Of a DNA stretch of 64,000 nucleotides, positions 38,511 through 49,520 are shown piece by piece (positions within the stretch are counted from its first letter, which is position 1; every line of letters starts with the position of its first letter). Made by a program: the position numbers and the translations under genes. This DNA is from Leucoraja ocellata (taxonomy: Eukaryota): assembly GCA_036785375.1 (NCBI GenBank), contig JAWMAR010000075.1, positions 7,006,001 through 7,070,000 on the forward strand, given 5' to 3'. The notes under the pieces are model-generated. The model had not been told where the DNA came from. It saw only the letters and a program-made list of their open reading frames with translations, and ran no database searches.

Positions 38511-40385
38511 TTGCAAGACCTTTTTATTCTAGTTTCATAATTAAAACATGGGGTACTGTCCAATTAATCTCTATCCCATTGCGGACAGTGGGCTTTGTCT
38601 CCAGAACTGTTAGCTACAATACTGAGAACTACAGTATATTCTGCACTCCGTGTCTTTTCCTTTGCTCTACCTATTGTGCTTGAGTTTAGCCTGATTGTAT
38701 CTTTGTACAGTATTATCCGATTGATTGCAAAGCTTTTCACTGCACCTCAGTACATGTTACAATAATAAGCCTAAACCTAAAAGGTTGACTTCTTATGGAA
38801 ATACTGTACAGCTGAGGCAGAGAGGTCAATTCATAGTTTCTATATTTGTGATTGAGCTTTGTTCAGCCTAACCTAGAGGGAAAAATGCATTATTCAAGGA
38901 AGAAAAAGCCATATTGACTGTTGTTGAGAGCTAGAATTATTAGATTAGTGACCATGTATGATGTCAGCAACAGGACTTTGGTGAAGATATCCATATCTGC
39001 ATTATGAAAAGGCACTACATTAATGCACAAGGCAAAATTTAATGTCAAATGAATGCAGTAAGAAACACATCTGTAGACACTGGAGAAATGATATATTGCT
39101 CAGTCCCAGGAACAAATACAACAGAGATGGGTTCACAACTGAGAAGGTCAAATCAAATGAGGAAGTGAATCAACAGACGGACTCTACAACACCATTCAAA
39201 TTTGTGAAAAGTGATGACACATGTTTTGTTCAAAGCTGGAAAGCAGTGTGGTATATTTGTTTACTCATGCCAACATATAGGAAGCACCATATCCAGAGAA
39301 ATGTTTGTTTTTAGTTAGATCAGATATCTTTGTTGAAAGAAAATTCATTATTGCAGTACATGGAGCATACTAGAATTTCAGACATATACAAAGTCCAGTT
39401 TAGGATGTACTACACTTGCCAAAGTGAGACCATTCCTTTCATCTTTGCTCAAGGCCACCAGGCACCATATCAATTGGAAATTTCACCTTGTCTCACCCAC
39501 TTCACCTTCTCACTGGTAATATCCTATGGGAATCTTACATCCTGAAAATTTATGAATATTGATTTCATTGATCTTCTCTTCCCCCCCCCCCCCCTCCCCC
39601 AACACTCCAGTAGTCATATGAAGAGAAATACCCTGAGGTGAAGCATTCATGACCTTTTCTTTCAAAACCACACAGACTCTGTAATCAGTTTCTATTTTCC
39701 CTAGTGCATATTTTCCTCTCACCTTGATGATGGATTATTACCATTCAGATGAATGGATTTTTAAATGGTAAAAAACTCAAGGGAGAAATGAATCTTTGGA
39801 GTTTTGGACCCTGCCGGCTGTGGCTTAATTGATTTAAGACACAGGTCAATAGCTTAATATCATTCAAATGAAGTTCATTAATTTATAATAACTTATTTTG
39901 CCATTTATTTTATTTAAATCGTGTAACTTTTGCAATCTTCGTCATGAGGCTTTGGCAGACTGAATGTATCTTGTATAATCATTAAAATACATCAGAATCA
40001 GGAGTTGACATTTCAGTCTTTTAAGCCCATTCTGCCATCCATCAAGGGCACGGGTAATCTTCTATCCCTGTGTCATTTTCATGAACCATTCTCATATTAG
40101 GTGATCCCCTGAATTTTTGTAATGAAATTATGACCAGGTGTTGAGGATTCAGGTCAATGAAAGAAGAAAGAACATTTCAGGTCAACAATCAATTGTCTTT
40201 ATTATAGTGAAATACAGCAACAACATTAATAAAGTAGCAACCTCCACTCTTTTGTGTCTTCACTGATTCGATCAACGAGTCTCATGGCCTTGTGCCCATC
40301 GGAAACTCTTGTATTTGCGATGGCTGGGTCTGGAAAATTAGAACAATGGCACCATTTTGCATCACAGTTCAAGATGCATTCTCTC

Positions 40386-40695
40386 AGTTTAGTTTAATTT
40401 ATTGTCATGTGTACCGAGGTACAGTGAAACGTTTGTGTTGCGTACTAACCCAGTCAGCAGAAAGACAATACATGATTACAATCGATCCATTTACAGAATA
40501 TAGATACATGATAAGGGAATAACGTTTAGTGCAAGGTAAAGCTAGCAAAGTCTGATCATGAATAGTCCGAAGGTTGCCAAAGCGGTAGATAGTAGTTCAG
40601 CACTGCTCTCTGGTTGTGATAGGATGGTTCAGTTGGGATGAAACTGGAAACAGCTGGGAAGAAACTGTCCCTGAATCTGGTGGTGTGCCTCTCTC
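40386..40695 (-). mobile_element. Rex1-type LINE 3' end
   Basis: HTTRFRDSFFPAV plus the same UTR as 26960-27203. Confidence 0.82.
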
Positions 40696-40872
40696 GTCCC
40701 CGAAGGTAAAGTCCTGTTAGATCACTCACAACATGCACTTACACAACTATTAATTCCCACTTCTCTAACCTTCAAACAAAAGTTGACTTTGTTTTTAAAA
40801 CTTGCTGTTCTTCTTTGTGCTGAAACATTACTAACTTTATTACATCAGGCACCAAGCTACTCTCAGCTGTCT

Positions 40873-40900
40873 CTGAAGAAGGGTCTAGACCCGAAACGTC
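40873..40900 (+). ncRNA. Minimal hammerhead-ribozyme motif in a short Penelope-like insertion (40873-41002)
   Basis: CTGAAGA-A-GGGTC-TA-GACCC-GAAA-CGTC; self-cleavage untested and helix I is weak. Confidence 0.55.
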
Positions 40901-41398
40901 ACCTATGTCTTTTCTCCATAGATGCTGCCTCACCCGCTGAGTTTCTCCAGCATTTTTTGTCTACTTTCAATTTTTCCAGCATCTGCAGTTCCTTCTTAAA
41001 CAAAGCTACTCTCGGCTGTCTCTGAGACAAAATATGTTTTTTAAATTCCTTTTGCTAAATTGCAGGTGGCTCTATGGTTTATTGGTTATTCTAAGTGAGC
41101 CCCAGCATTTTCCCAAGCACCTAATAGTTTTTCTATGCAGGTCTGTTTGCTTGACATGTTGCGCTGTTAGCAACCAACTCCATCTTTGCTGAGAAGCTTG
41201 TTTACAATAGATATTGTGTTTCAATATCGAGTAATTTATCAATCTTTGATTTGGATAAACTTTACAGCGTTTGGGAGTAGAACGTTCCGGGGCTGTCAAT
41301 TCACTTTGAGATTAATTCCTCATCAGCCCTGATTGGCTATCCTCTGAGGCTTGACCATCTGGATCTAGGCTCTTCCTCTAGAGGAAACATTCCCCCGG

Positions 41399-44389
41399 AA
41401 TAGAAAGATTAAACGAGAATTTACCGTTTGAAGTTTGATCTTTATTTTATGAGAAGTTGAGGTGAGGGATTACGTGAAGAGCCCACTAGCCCGCATGCGC
41501 ATCAATCTTCAGAGCAGCTGTATGAAACCACAGACTAGTTGCTGACCTAAGCTATAGAAGGATTAACGAGCCTAGAACTACCGAATTATCTTTATGAGAA
41601 GTTGGGTTGCGAGTGGAGGGCACGTAATCCCTCACTTCAACTTCTCATAAAATAAAGATCAAACTTCAAACGGTAAGTTCTCGTTTAATCTATCTTATTT
41701 CATTTTGAAGTCATGTGAGTGATTACGTGAAGACTTCAAAGCTCTATGGTTTCATGCAGTAACCCAATCTGTGTGTGAAACACTTAAACAGATAAACCAT
41801 TAATGGTAGGAAAAAACATGGGTTATTAATATCATGATGCTAACTTGCATCCATGGCCATTGTTCTTAACCGGACCATAGTCGCAATAGACTGTTGTTAG
41901 ACAATAACTCATGCAACACCGTGCTGAATTCTATCTGCAAATACCCAGACATATTCAACCAAATGTTATAATTTATTAACCCGCATTAAATAAGCCTCAT
42001 GCTGTGTGATGAAAGGGAAAATCCATTCTATTGGCTGCTGATGAGCCATCAGCAATATCTTGAGACTATTGAATACCAAAAATAACTATCTTTCATCTCA
42101 TAGGTACTAGCAAACTGAGTGCACTTGTATACCTAATGACATCCCCGATCTCATTTTTGCATATTACCTAAAACTCGATGACTCAATGCCCTTTAATCTG
42201 AGTAGGGCAGCATAGGCTTTCACCACTAGCTTTGTTATCAAATCAGCAGAATCTGTGCCTTATGTGTATAGATATGGCAGCGTATACAACTACAAGATCG
42301 ATTCTCTAAATCGGGTAAATTGCAGAAAGCCAATCATCCATCTTAAACTGGGTAAGTAAACCCATGATCAGATTAGCCAAATGCTAACCCGATTCGGCCT
42401 GCACCATGTTTCTGTAATCTTGAAAAGTATCAGAAATATACCCCTCTAGTCCTTAGCCAGACCACTTATCCTCAGATGAGCTGTCACTGATTGCACTCGG
42501 AACCCCTGTTCCTCTATTGATCCTACGGAATCCTAAGCACTAGGATTCAGGCACATAGACATGTTCGGAGTCATGTTCGGAGTCAGTTCCATACTGATCT
42601 CTGACACTCTCTTAGAGTGGGAGAAATAGTGCACCCCGAACCAGGCGTTGTCACATGCATATGCCTCGGACTGCCTGTGCATGCTTCCATAACACAGAGC
42701 ATATTTTGTGACACCATCTCCGATATTCTTTTGAGTGGGAGGAATATTCCATCCCTGAACCAGAGGTAGCTACAGGCATATGACTTGAACTGACTGTGCA
42801 TGCTTCCGTAATACGGAGCATAATATTTGGCACCATCTCCGTCACTTCTTTCATCCGAGTGAGAGGACATATGCAACCCTGAACCTGGAGCTGCCTCAGG
42901 CAGGTGTGCATATACTTTGGCACCATCTCCATCACCCCGTTCATCCGAGTGGGAGGAATATTGCAACCCTGAACCAGGAGCTGCTTCAGGCATATGTGCA
43001 TATACTTTGGCACCATTTCCACCACTCCTTTCATCCGAGTGGGAGGAAAATTGCAACCCTGAACCAGGAGCTGCTGCCTGACAAGCCTTCGTAACACAGA
43101 GCATTTCGTGTGCCACCAACTGATTCATCAGATGTTCTAATTGAGACAAACGCCCAATCACATCTGCCATAGATGTCCCAAATCATCCGACAAGACTAGT
43201 CCCACAGCCTTGGCTTTGACTTTGCCCCGACTCGGGGTTGTCAGGCTGCTCCCTTCAGCAGCCGAACCTGGACTAGCTGTGCAGATCGGTGATCTGTTGG
43301 TATCATCATTATACTTACCAGACAGGTTGCACCTGCTAGTGACTCCGAGTCCTTGCTCCCTTCTGGAGCCCCAACGGAGTATTACAGGGAAGGACTGGAG
43401 CGCCTCTGGACCCCATATGACTCGGATGAACCGGCATTATAATCGGAGTCACCTCTTCCCGATAGTCTGCGAGACATAGTGGGAGAAATACTGCAACCCT
43501 GCTAGGTGATGTCACATCATATTACGCTCATATGATGAAAAGAAGCATATCCCCATAAATCAGAGATTCGACTGCTCTATCGATATCCACATAGTTGGAG
43601 TCTCTTATAAAAGAATCTCCAACAGTCCCCTCTGGTGAGCGGAAATTACCATGACGCCACCAAGTGTAGCTCCCACAGGTGTCTGATAGGAGCTTCCTAA
43701 GCCAGGAGCTCTGGACTGCAATGGCAAGTCCAATTTCACTACACCATTGGTGTATGTGTTAATAAAAGTCCTTTGTAATTATCATTTTTAATATAAACTT
43801 TGTTGGAATGATAAGATATATCGTTATATTGCCAAAGAATTAAACATGACCTTTGAATGCTATCTACCACGATAGTCACAAACGTGACCGAGTGGCGATC
43901 GCTATAAATGCCAACTCTATAGCCGCCCAAAAATAAAGCATACACTATATGCTGCTGCAGCGTAGCTGAGCCCCTCAGCTAGCAGTAACTATGTTTAAAA
44001 ATTGCTCGGTGCTACGGCAGCTGAGCTTACCTGAGCGGTAGCTCCTGGCTGTGGCTATTTTTAACTCACCGGCTGCTGCGAAACCTCCTGCAGCGATTGT
44101 TGACCTGGCTACACCGGCAGCCACAATTTATGAATCCCAGCTCCTATGGAGCCCCACGGCGGCCTCCAATTTCAGCCGCATGCTCCCGTGCGGAGCTTGA
44201 ATGGCGGCCCAAACCTCGGCCACCTCCATCAAACTACTCCGGGCCCGCTATTGCAGCGGCCCGCTGGAAGTAAAATTGACTTACCTGCCAGAACAGTTTC
44301 GAACTGCTCCGACTCGCGCGCTATGCGTCCGCGTATTTGCGGGCTGGCGGGCTCTTCACGTAGTCACTCATGTGACTTCGAAATAAAAT
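41399..44389 (-). mobile_element. DIRS1-like retrotransposon derivative with ITRs and ICR
   Basis: Inverted termini (TTACGTGAAGAGCCCACTAGCCCGCA ~41470 vs TGCGGGCTGGCGGGCTCTTCACGTAG ~44338). Internal region 41621-41733 is complementary to both ends, joined end to end. Confidence 0.85.
42583..43170 (-). CDS. Possible DIRS ORF1/gag-like remnant with 30-aa tandem repeats
   Basis: 195 aa open frame in the 5'-to-middle part of the DIRS-like element; coiled-coil-like start (IGRLSQLEHLMNQL), then AAPGSGLxxSSHSDERxDGDGAKxYAH three times. Confidence 0.35.
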   Translation of the reverse strand: MADVIGRLSQLEHLMNQLVAHEMLCVTKACQAAAPGSGLQFSSHSDERSGGNGAKVYAHMPEAAPGSGLQYSSHSDERGDGDGAKVYAHLPEAAPGSGLHMSSHSDERSDGDGAKYYAPYYGSMHSQFKSYACSYLWFRDGIFLPLKRISEMVSQNMLCVMEACTGSPRHMHVTTPGSGCTISPTLRECQRSVWN

Positions 44390-44524
44390 CCACTGTTGCG
44401 AAAGTGAGACAATTCTTTTCATGTCAGCTCATATTGTACACAGTGTATCAGATGCAGACTCACCAAGACTCTATATCAATCTTTACATTTGACACCACTT
44501 GTGATGAAGGCCAATATTTCATTT

Positions 44525-45662
44525 CTGTAGGAAAAGACTGCAAATGCTGGTTTTCACCGAAGATAGACACAAAATGCTGGAGTAACTCAGCGGGTCAGGC
44601 AACATGTCTGGATAGAAAGAATGGGTGACATTTTGGGTCGAGAACCTTCTTCAGACTGAGAGTCAGGGGAAAGGAAACGAGGGACATAGAAGGGTAAGGT
44701 GCGAAAAACAAGAGATCAAAGGGGATGAAGTTCAAGGAAAGTGTAGAATAGATCATTGTTAGCTAGGGGAAGCTGTCAACAAGGCATACTATGTAAAATT
44801 TAATCAGGAGGACAGTCAGACTGGTTGGAGAACTTGGATGGGGGAGGGATGGAGAGAGAGGAGAAGCAAGGTTTATTTGAAGTTAGAGAGGTCAATATTC
44901 ATACCGCTGGGTTGTAAGCAGCCCAAGCTAAATATGAGGTGCTGTTCCTCCAATTTGCGTAGAGCCTCACTCTGACAGTTGAGGAGGCCCAGGATAGAAA
45001 GGTCAGATTGGGATTGTGAGGGGTTAAAGTGTTGAGCAACCGGGAGATCACGTGGGTTGAGGCGGACTGAGCGAAGGTGTTCAGCGAAACAATTGCCCTG
45101 TTTACATTTGGTCTCGCCGATATATAGGAGTCTGAACAGTATACATACCAGTGTCATACAGCGGATACAATAGATGAGGTTGGAGAAGGTGGAAGTGAAC
45201 CTCTGTCTCACCTGAAAGGATTGTTGGGTTCCTTGGAACGGAGTGTAGGGAGGAGGTATAGGACAGGTGTTGCAACTCCTGCAGTTGCAGGGGAAAGTAC
45301 CTGGGGAGGGGAAGAGACGAGTTGACCAGGGAATTGTGGAGGGAACAGTCTCTGCGGAAAGCGGAATGGGGTGGAGATGGGACGATGTGGCTAGTGCGAC
45401 CAGTCTGATTGTCTGCCTGATTAAATTTTGCATTGTATGCCTCATTGTCAGCTTCCCCGAGCTAACAATGATCTACTCTACATTTTCCTTGAACTTCATC
45501 CCCTTTGATCTCTCGTTTTTCACACCTTATCCTTCCATGTCTCTCGTTTCCCTCTCCCCTGACCCTCAGTCGGAAGAGGGCCTCGACCCAAATCACCACC
45601 CATTCCTTTTATCCAGAGATGCTGCCTGACTCGCTGAATTACTGCAGCATTTTGTGTCTATC
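44525..45662 (-). mobile_element. Penelope-like retroelement with GIY-YIG remnant and inverted terminal repeats
   Basis: CNCRSCNTC..NLIYCIRC..LYIGETK..VAQHFN; arms ~44560-44790 and ~45405-45662 are inverted. Confidence 0.9.
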
Positions 45663-46883
45663 CAACATATAATTTGTCTTTTAATCACTTTTGCACCTAC
45701 TTTCATCAACTAGTGTACAAGAATACCAAGACCCCTTTGAATTATAATGTTAAAAGACTATTCAGTTTTCTGCCTGAAGGGAGATGACTTCACATTTTCC
45801 ACATTTATATTCCATCTCTCTGTCCTCACCCATTCAGTGAGCTAGTCTATGTGGCCTTACAGTCTCCTGACTCGTGCCTAGTTTGTTCCATCTGTCAACT
45901 TGAATATATGACATTAGGTTCCCTCAGCTAAATTGTTGACAGATTATGTGTAGCTGGACACACAAACATGAATTAGGAACAGGAGTAGGCCACTTAAGTC
46001 AGCTCTGCCATTTAACCTGTTCACTGCCACTTTTTTTTTCACTATTGGCCATGAGCCGAGTATACACGGGGGTGGCACTGAAAAGGGTAATAAGATCATT
46101 GTTCTGTTTATAACGTCAACTCTGCATTCCCATCTACCCATTTCACCCCCTAGCTTATGTACCTCTCCCTTAAAAATAATCAAATAATCAGCTTCCACTG
46201 CCCCTTCAAGAAGAGTATCCTTGAAGAGGGGAAATTCCATCTTATCCCTGTCTTAAACTAACATGAAAATTTGTACTATTTCTCGCCCTTTTTGTATATA
46301 CTGATCCCAGTAAATTGGTCCTCCTCACCAATGCTTAGATGCCTGGTATACCTGAGGCATTTCATTCTCCTGTGGTGATGAATGTGATTAATCCAATGAG
46401 ACAGGAAAAACAAGCTGCCACATCTTCAGTTCTGCCGTGCAAGTTTAGTGAGGCTGCAGGTGGGCAAACAATTACAGCTGCAATCTGACTGCCCAGTCTT
46501 ACTCAACATTGCAGTGTTAGCAGGGAAGCTGACGTACTGCTCTGCTTGACATTAATTGCATATGTATATTTTTCTTAAATGGAAATTCTGTGGTTCTAAT
46601 TGGCAGTGTTCGTGATGGAATCATAAAATTAGTAATTCTACTTCCAACAGTGCCAAATGATGCATATGCTGTGTTCCATGTTGCGAAAATGTTGCTTAAA
46701 ACGGATTGTTACAGAGGTTTAACCTGCTACTCTGTTGGAGATTTCTCTGTCCTATGAAATTACCTGGCAAAATACAATTTTTAATTGTACTTTGTTTCCC
46801 TGTTAATCATTTGTAAAGAAATGTTTGACATTGCTATTGTCATTGTTTAGTTTTCAAATCCTGAACCAGCAATAAATAATGTT

Positions 46884-47009
46884 TGAAGAAGGATTTCGGC
46901 CCGAAACGTCGTCTATTTTCTTCGCTCCATAGATGCTGCTGCACCCGCTGAGTTTCTCCAGCAATTTTGTGTACCTTCGATCCTCCAGCATCTGCAGTTC
47001 CTTCTTGAA
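46884..47009 (+). mobile_element. Short Penelope-like tail insertion
   Basis: 14 bp TSD CAATAAATAATGTT; begins at the TGAAGAAGG..GAAACGTC core. Confidence 0.82.
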
Positions 47010-47336
47010 CAATAAATAATGTTAAATTGTGAATTATTTAATGTTCATTCGAGGTGTTGTAACAAATGCATTCTCATTTTATTTATAGTTTCTTTTTCAG
47101 CTTCTATTACTTACCTATATTACTAAAAGTAAGATCTTGACCACTTCCCGCTTTTTTGTTTCATGATTTTTGAAAAAATGCTGCCACTTACGGCTGTGAT
47201 TTTTGGCCATCTTACTCAGTCCCCCTCCACTGCGCAGGACAAGAGGATTTTTCCCATCGATGAAAAATAAAAGAGTTAATAATGTTTAAAAAATGTTGAC
47301 ATTCTCTCTGCTGCCCCTGCTGGTGGGATGGGGGAC

Positions 47337-47451
47337 TATAAAACCAGGAAGTGTTTTGCCTCACTCAGTCGCTGCAAGATGGAGGAAGCGAGAGGGTCAC
47401 GTCTTTCTGAGCTGTGAATAACACTGAACACATGTCTACTCAACTGTGAGT
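47337..47451 (+). promoter_or_regulatory. Putative core promoter plus splice donor, copy 2
   Basis: TATAAAA 47337; CAGGAAGTG ETS-like; TCAGTC with A at 47367; CAAGATGG; GTGAGT 47446. Confidence 0.5.
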
Positions 47452-47460
47452 ACACTTAAT

Positions 47461-48290
47461 ACAAGATACAAGACACATTTATTTGTCACGTACCAATTGG
47501 TACAGTGAAATGTATGGTTGCCATATAGCCATACAAATAAATAATAAAGAGAACAGGACATGATAGGTTTTTTTTAACGCAGACATCCGCACACAGTGGG
47601 ATCAAATTCTCACTGTGAGGGAAGGCTTCAAAAATTCAGTCATCCTCCTCTGTTGTCATCCCGTGGTCGGGAGGGCTCCCAAAACCCCCGCACTCGCTGC
47701 TCTGGGTGGCCTGATGTTCAGGTCCGCTCGCCGGGATGATGGAAGTCTGACGTCAGGATTGGAGGCCTCCTCAGCGGCTTGGACATCTGAGTCGGGCACC
47801 TCCTACCGGAGTCCACGGCTCCCGAAGTCTGCAGGCCGTGCTGGGCGGAGATGCAACACTGGCGGCCCTCGGCAAAGGGCCCCAGGACTCCGCGATGTTG
47901 TTTAGCGCCGGCCACGCTGGAAGCTCTCCCAAACCACAGACCAGCGATTTTGGAGCCGCGGACCAACGCTCCAGAGCGCCAAACGGCGATCCAGGTAGGC
48001 ATAGCCAGCTCCGTGGTGACTCCAGCGCTGCGCCGCCGCTGTTGAAACTCTGGTCCGGTCCCCGGCAGGAAAGGACACGCCAATCCAGGTGGTAGTCCGC
48101 GAGGAGGGGGGCGAGGACGCAACTCGGAAAATAGTCGCGTCCCCGCCAGAAAGCGACTGGGAAACAGTTTCCCCCTTACTCTACTCCCCTCCCCCACATA
48201 GAAAAGTTAAAGATTCCCCAAAATAAACTTTAAAACTGACGGAAAAAAAAAAAAAAGATTTAAAAAACAGACTGTAGGCCGAGGATGCCC
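47461..48290 (-). mobile_element. Non-autonomous retroposon (19663-20317 family) nested in the Helitron
   Basis: Tail ACAAGATACAAGACACATTTATTTGTCAC; interrupts Helitron sequence that is contiguous in the 3430-4447 copy. Confidence 0.7.
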
Positions 48291-48654
48291 TCAATGTGGA
48301 GCCCCTAGTGATTATGTGTCTGAAAATGAAATGTGGTTTGAAAATGAAAATATGGTTGCTTTGAAATGCTGCACTGCAAATGGTTGTTGGTGGTGGTAAC
48401 TGCTTTGAAATGCTGCACTGCAAATGGTTGTTGGACAACTTCCTGTTTGCACTGCATATTTATTTTAGATAAAACGGTACCACTTACGGCTGTGATTTTT
48501 GGCCATCTTACTCCGCCCCCCTCGTTCATCAGGTGCAGAGGATTCTTCCCATCAATGAAAAATAAAAGTGTTATTAGTGTTTAAAAAAATGTTGAAAATC
48601 TTCTGTCAATCATGCCATGAAAGCCACGCCCCTTCCGGTGGGAGGGGGAGGGAT

Positions 48655-48772
48655 TATAAAACCTGGAAGTGTGGGTGTGGCTCAGTTTCTGCAAGATGGG
48701 GGAGGGAGAGATGATTCTGTCTGAGCTGTGATTCAACTGAACACACTGAACTGTGTCTACTGAACTGTGAGT
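48655..48772 (+). promoter_or_regulatory. Putative core promoter plus splice donor, copy 3
   Basis: TATAAAA 48655; CTGGAAGTG; TCAGTT with A at 48684; CAAGATGG; GTGAGT 48767. Confidence 0.45.
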
Positions 48773-48811
48773 TTGGTGTTATGTGGTGTTTTGCGTGGTT
48801 TTATGGTGGTT

Positions 48812-49520
48812 TCACCCTGCTTGAAATGGTATGAAACTGCATTTGAATGTGATGGCCTTGCACCCTGCAAAAAATGGTATGAAACTGCATTTGAATTTGG
48901 TGGCCTTGCACCCTGCATGAAATGGTATGAAACTGCACTTATATTTGGTGGCCTTGCACCCTGCTTGAAGTGGCATGAAACGGCACTTAGAAACATAGAA
49001 ATTAGGTGCAGGAGTAGGCCATTCGGCCCTTCGAGCCTGCACCGCCATTCAATATGATCATGGCTGATCATCCAACTCAGTATCCCGTACCTGCCTTCTC
49101 TCCATACCCTCTGATCCCCTTAGCCACGAGGGCCACATCTAACTCCCTCTTAAATATAGCCAATGAACTGGCCTTGACTACCCTCTGCGGCAGAGAGTTC
49201 CAGAGATTCACCACTCTCTGTTTGAAAAAAGTTCTTCTCATCTTGGTTTTAAAGGATTTCCCCCTTATCCTTATGCTGTGACCCCTTGTCCTGGACTTCC
49301 CCAACATTGGGAGCAATCTTCCTGCATCTAGCCTGTCCAACCCCTTAAGAATTTTGTAAGTTTCTATAAAATTCTTAAGGGGTTGGACAGGCATTTGGTG
49401 GCCTTGCACCCTGCTTGAAATGGCATGAAACTGCACTTGAGTTTGGTGGCCCTGCACCCTGCTTGAAATGGTAGGAAACTTCATTTGAATTTGGTGGCCT
49501 TACACCCTGCTTGAAATGGA
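48812..49520. repeat. ~47-48 bp minisatellite in the Helitron, split by a CR1 insertion
   Basis: Unit CACCCTGCTTGAAATGGTATGAAACTGCATTTGAATTTGGTGGCCTTG; about 4 copies before and 3 after the insert. Confidence 0.9.
48989..49392 (-). mobile_element. CR1/HER1 3' fragment with foldback 5' junction
   Basis: IETYKILKGLDRLDAG..GHSIRIRG; 25 bp inverted repeat at the truncation point. Confidence 0.9.

Noticed and set aside
48812-49520. CRISPR-like array (units contain TTGAAA)
   Set aside because: No variable spacers, no cas genes, eukaryotic context; it is a minisatellite within a Helitron.
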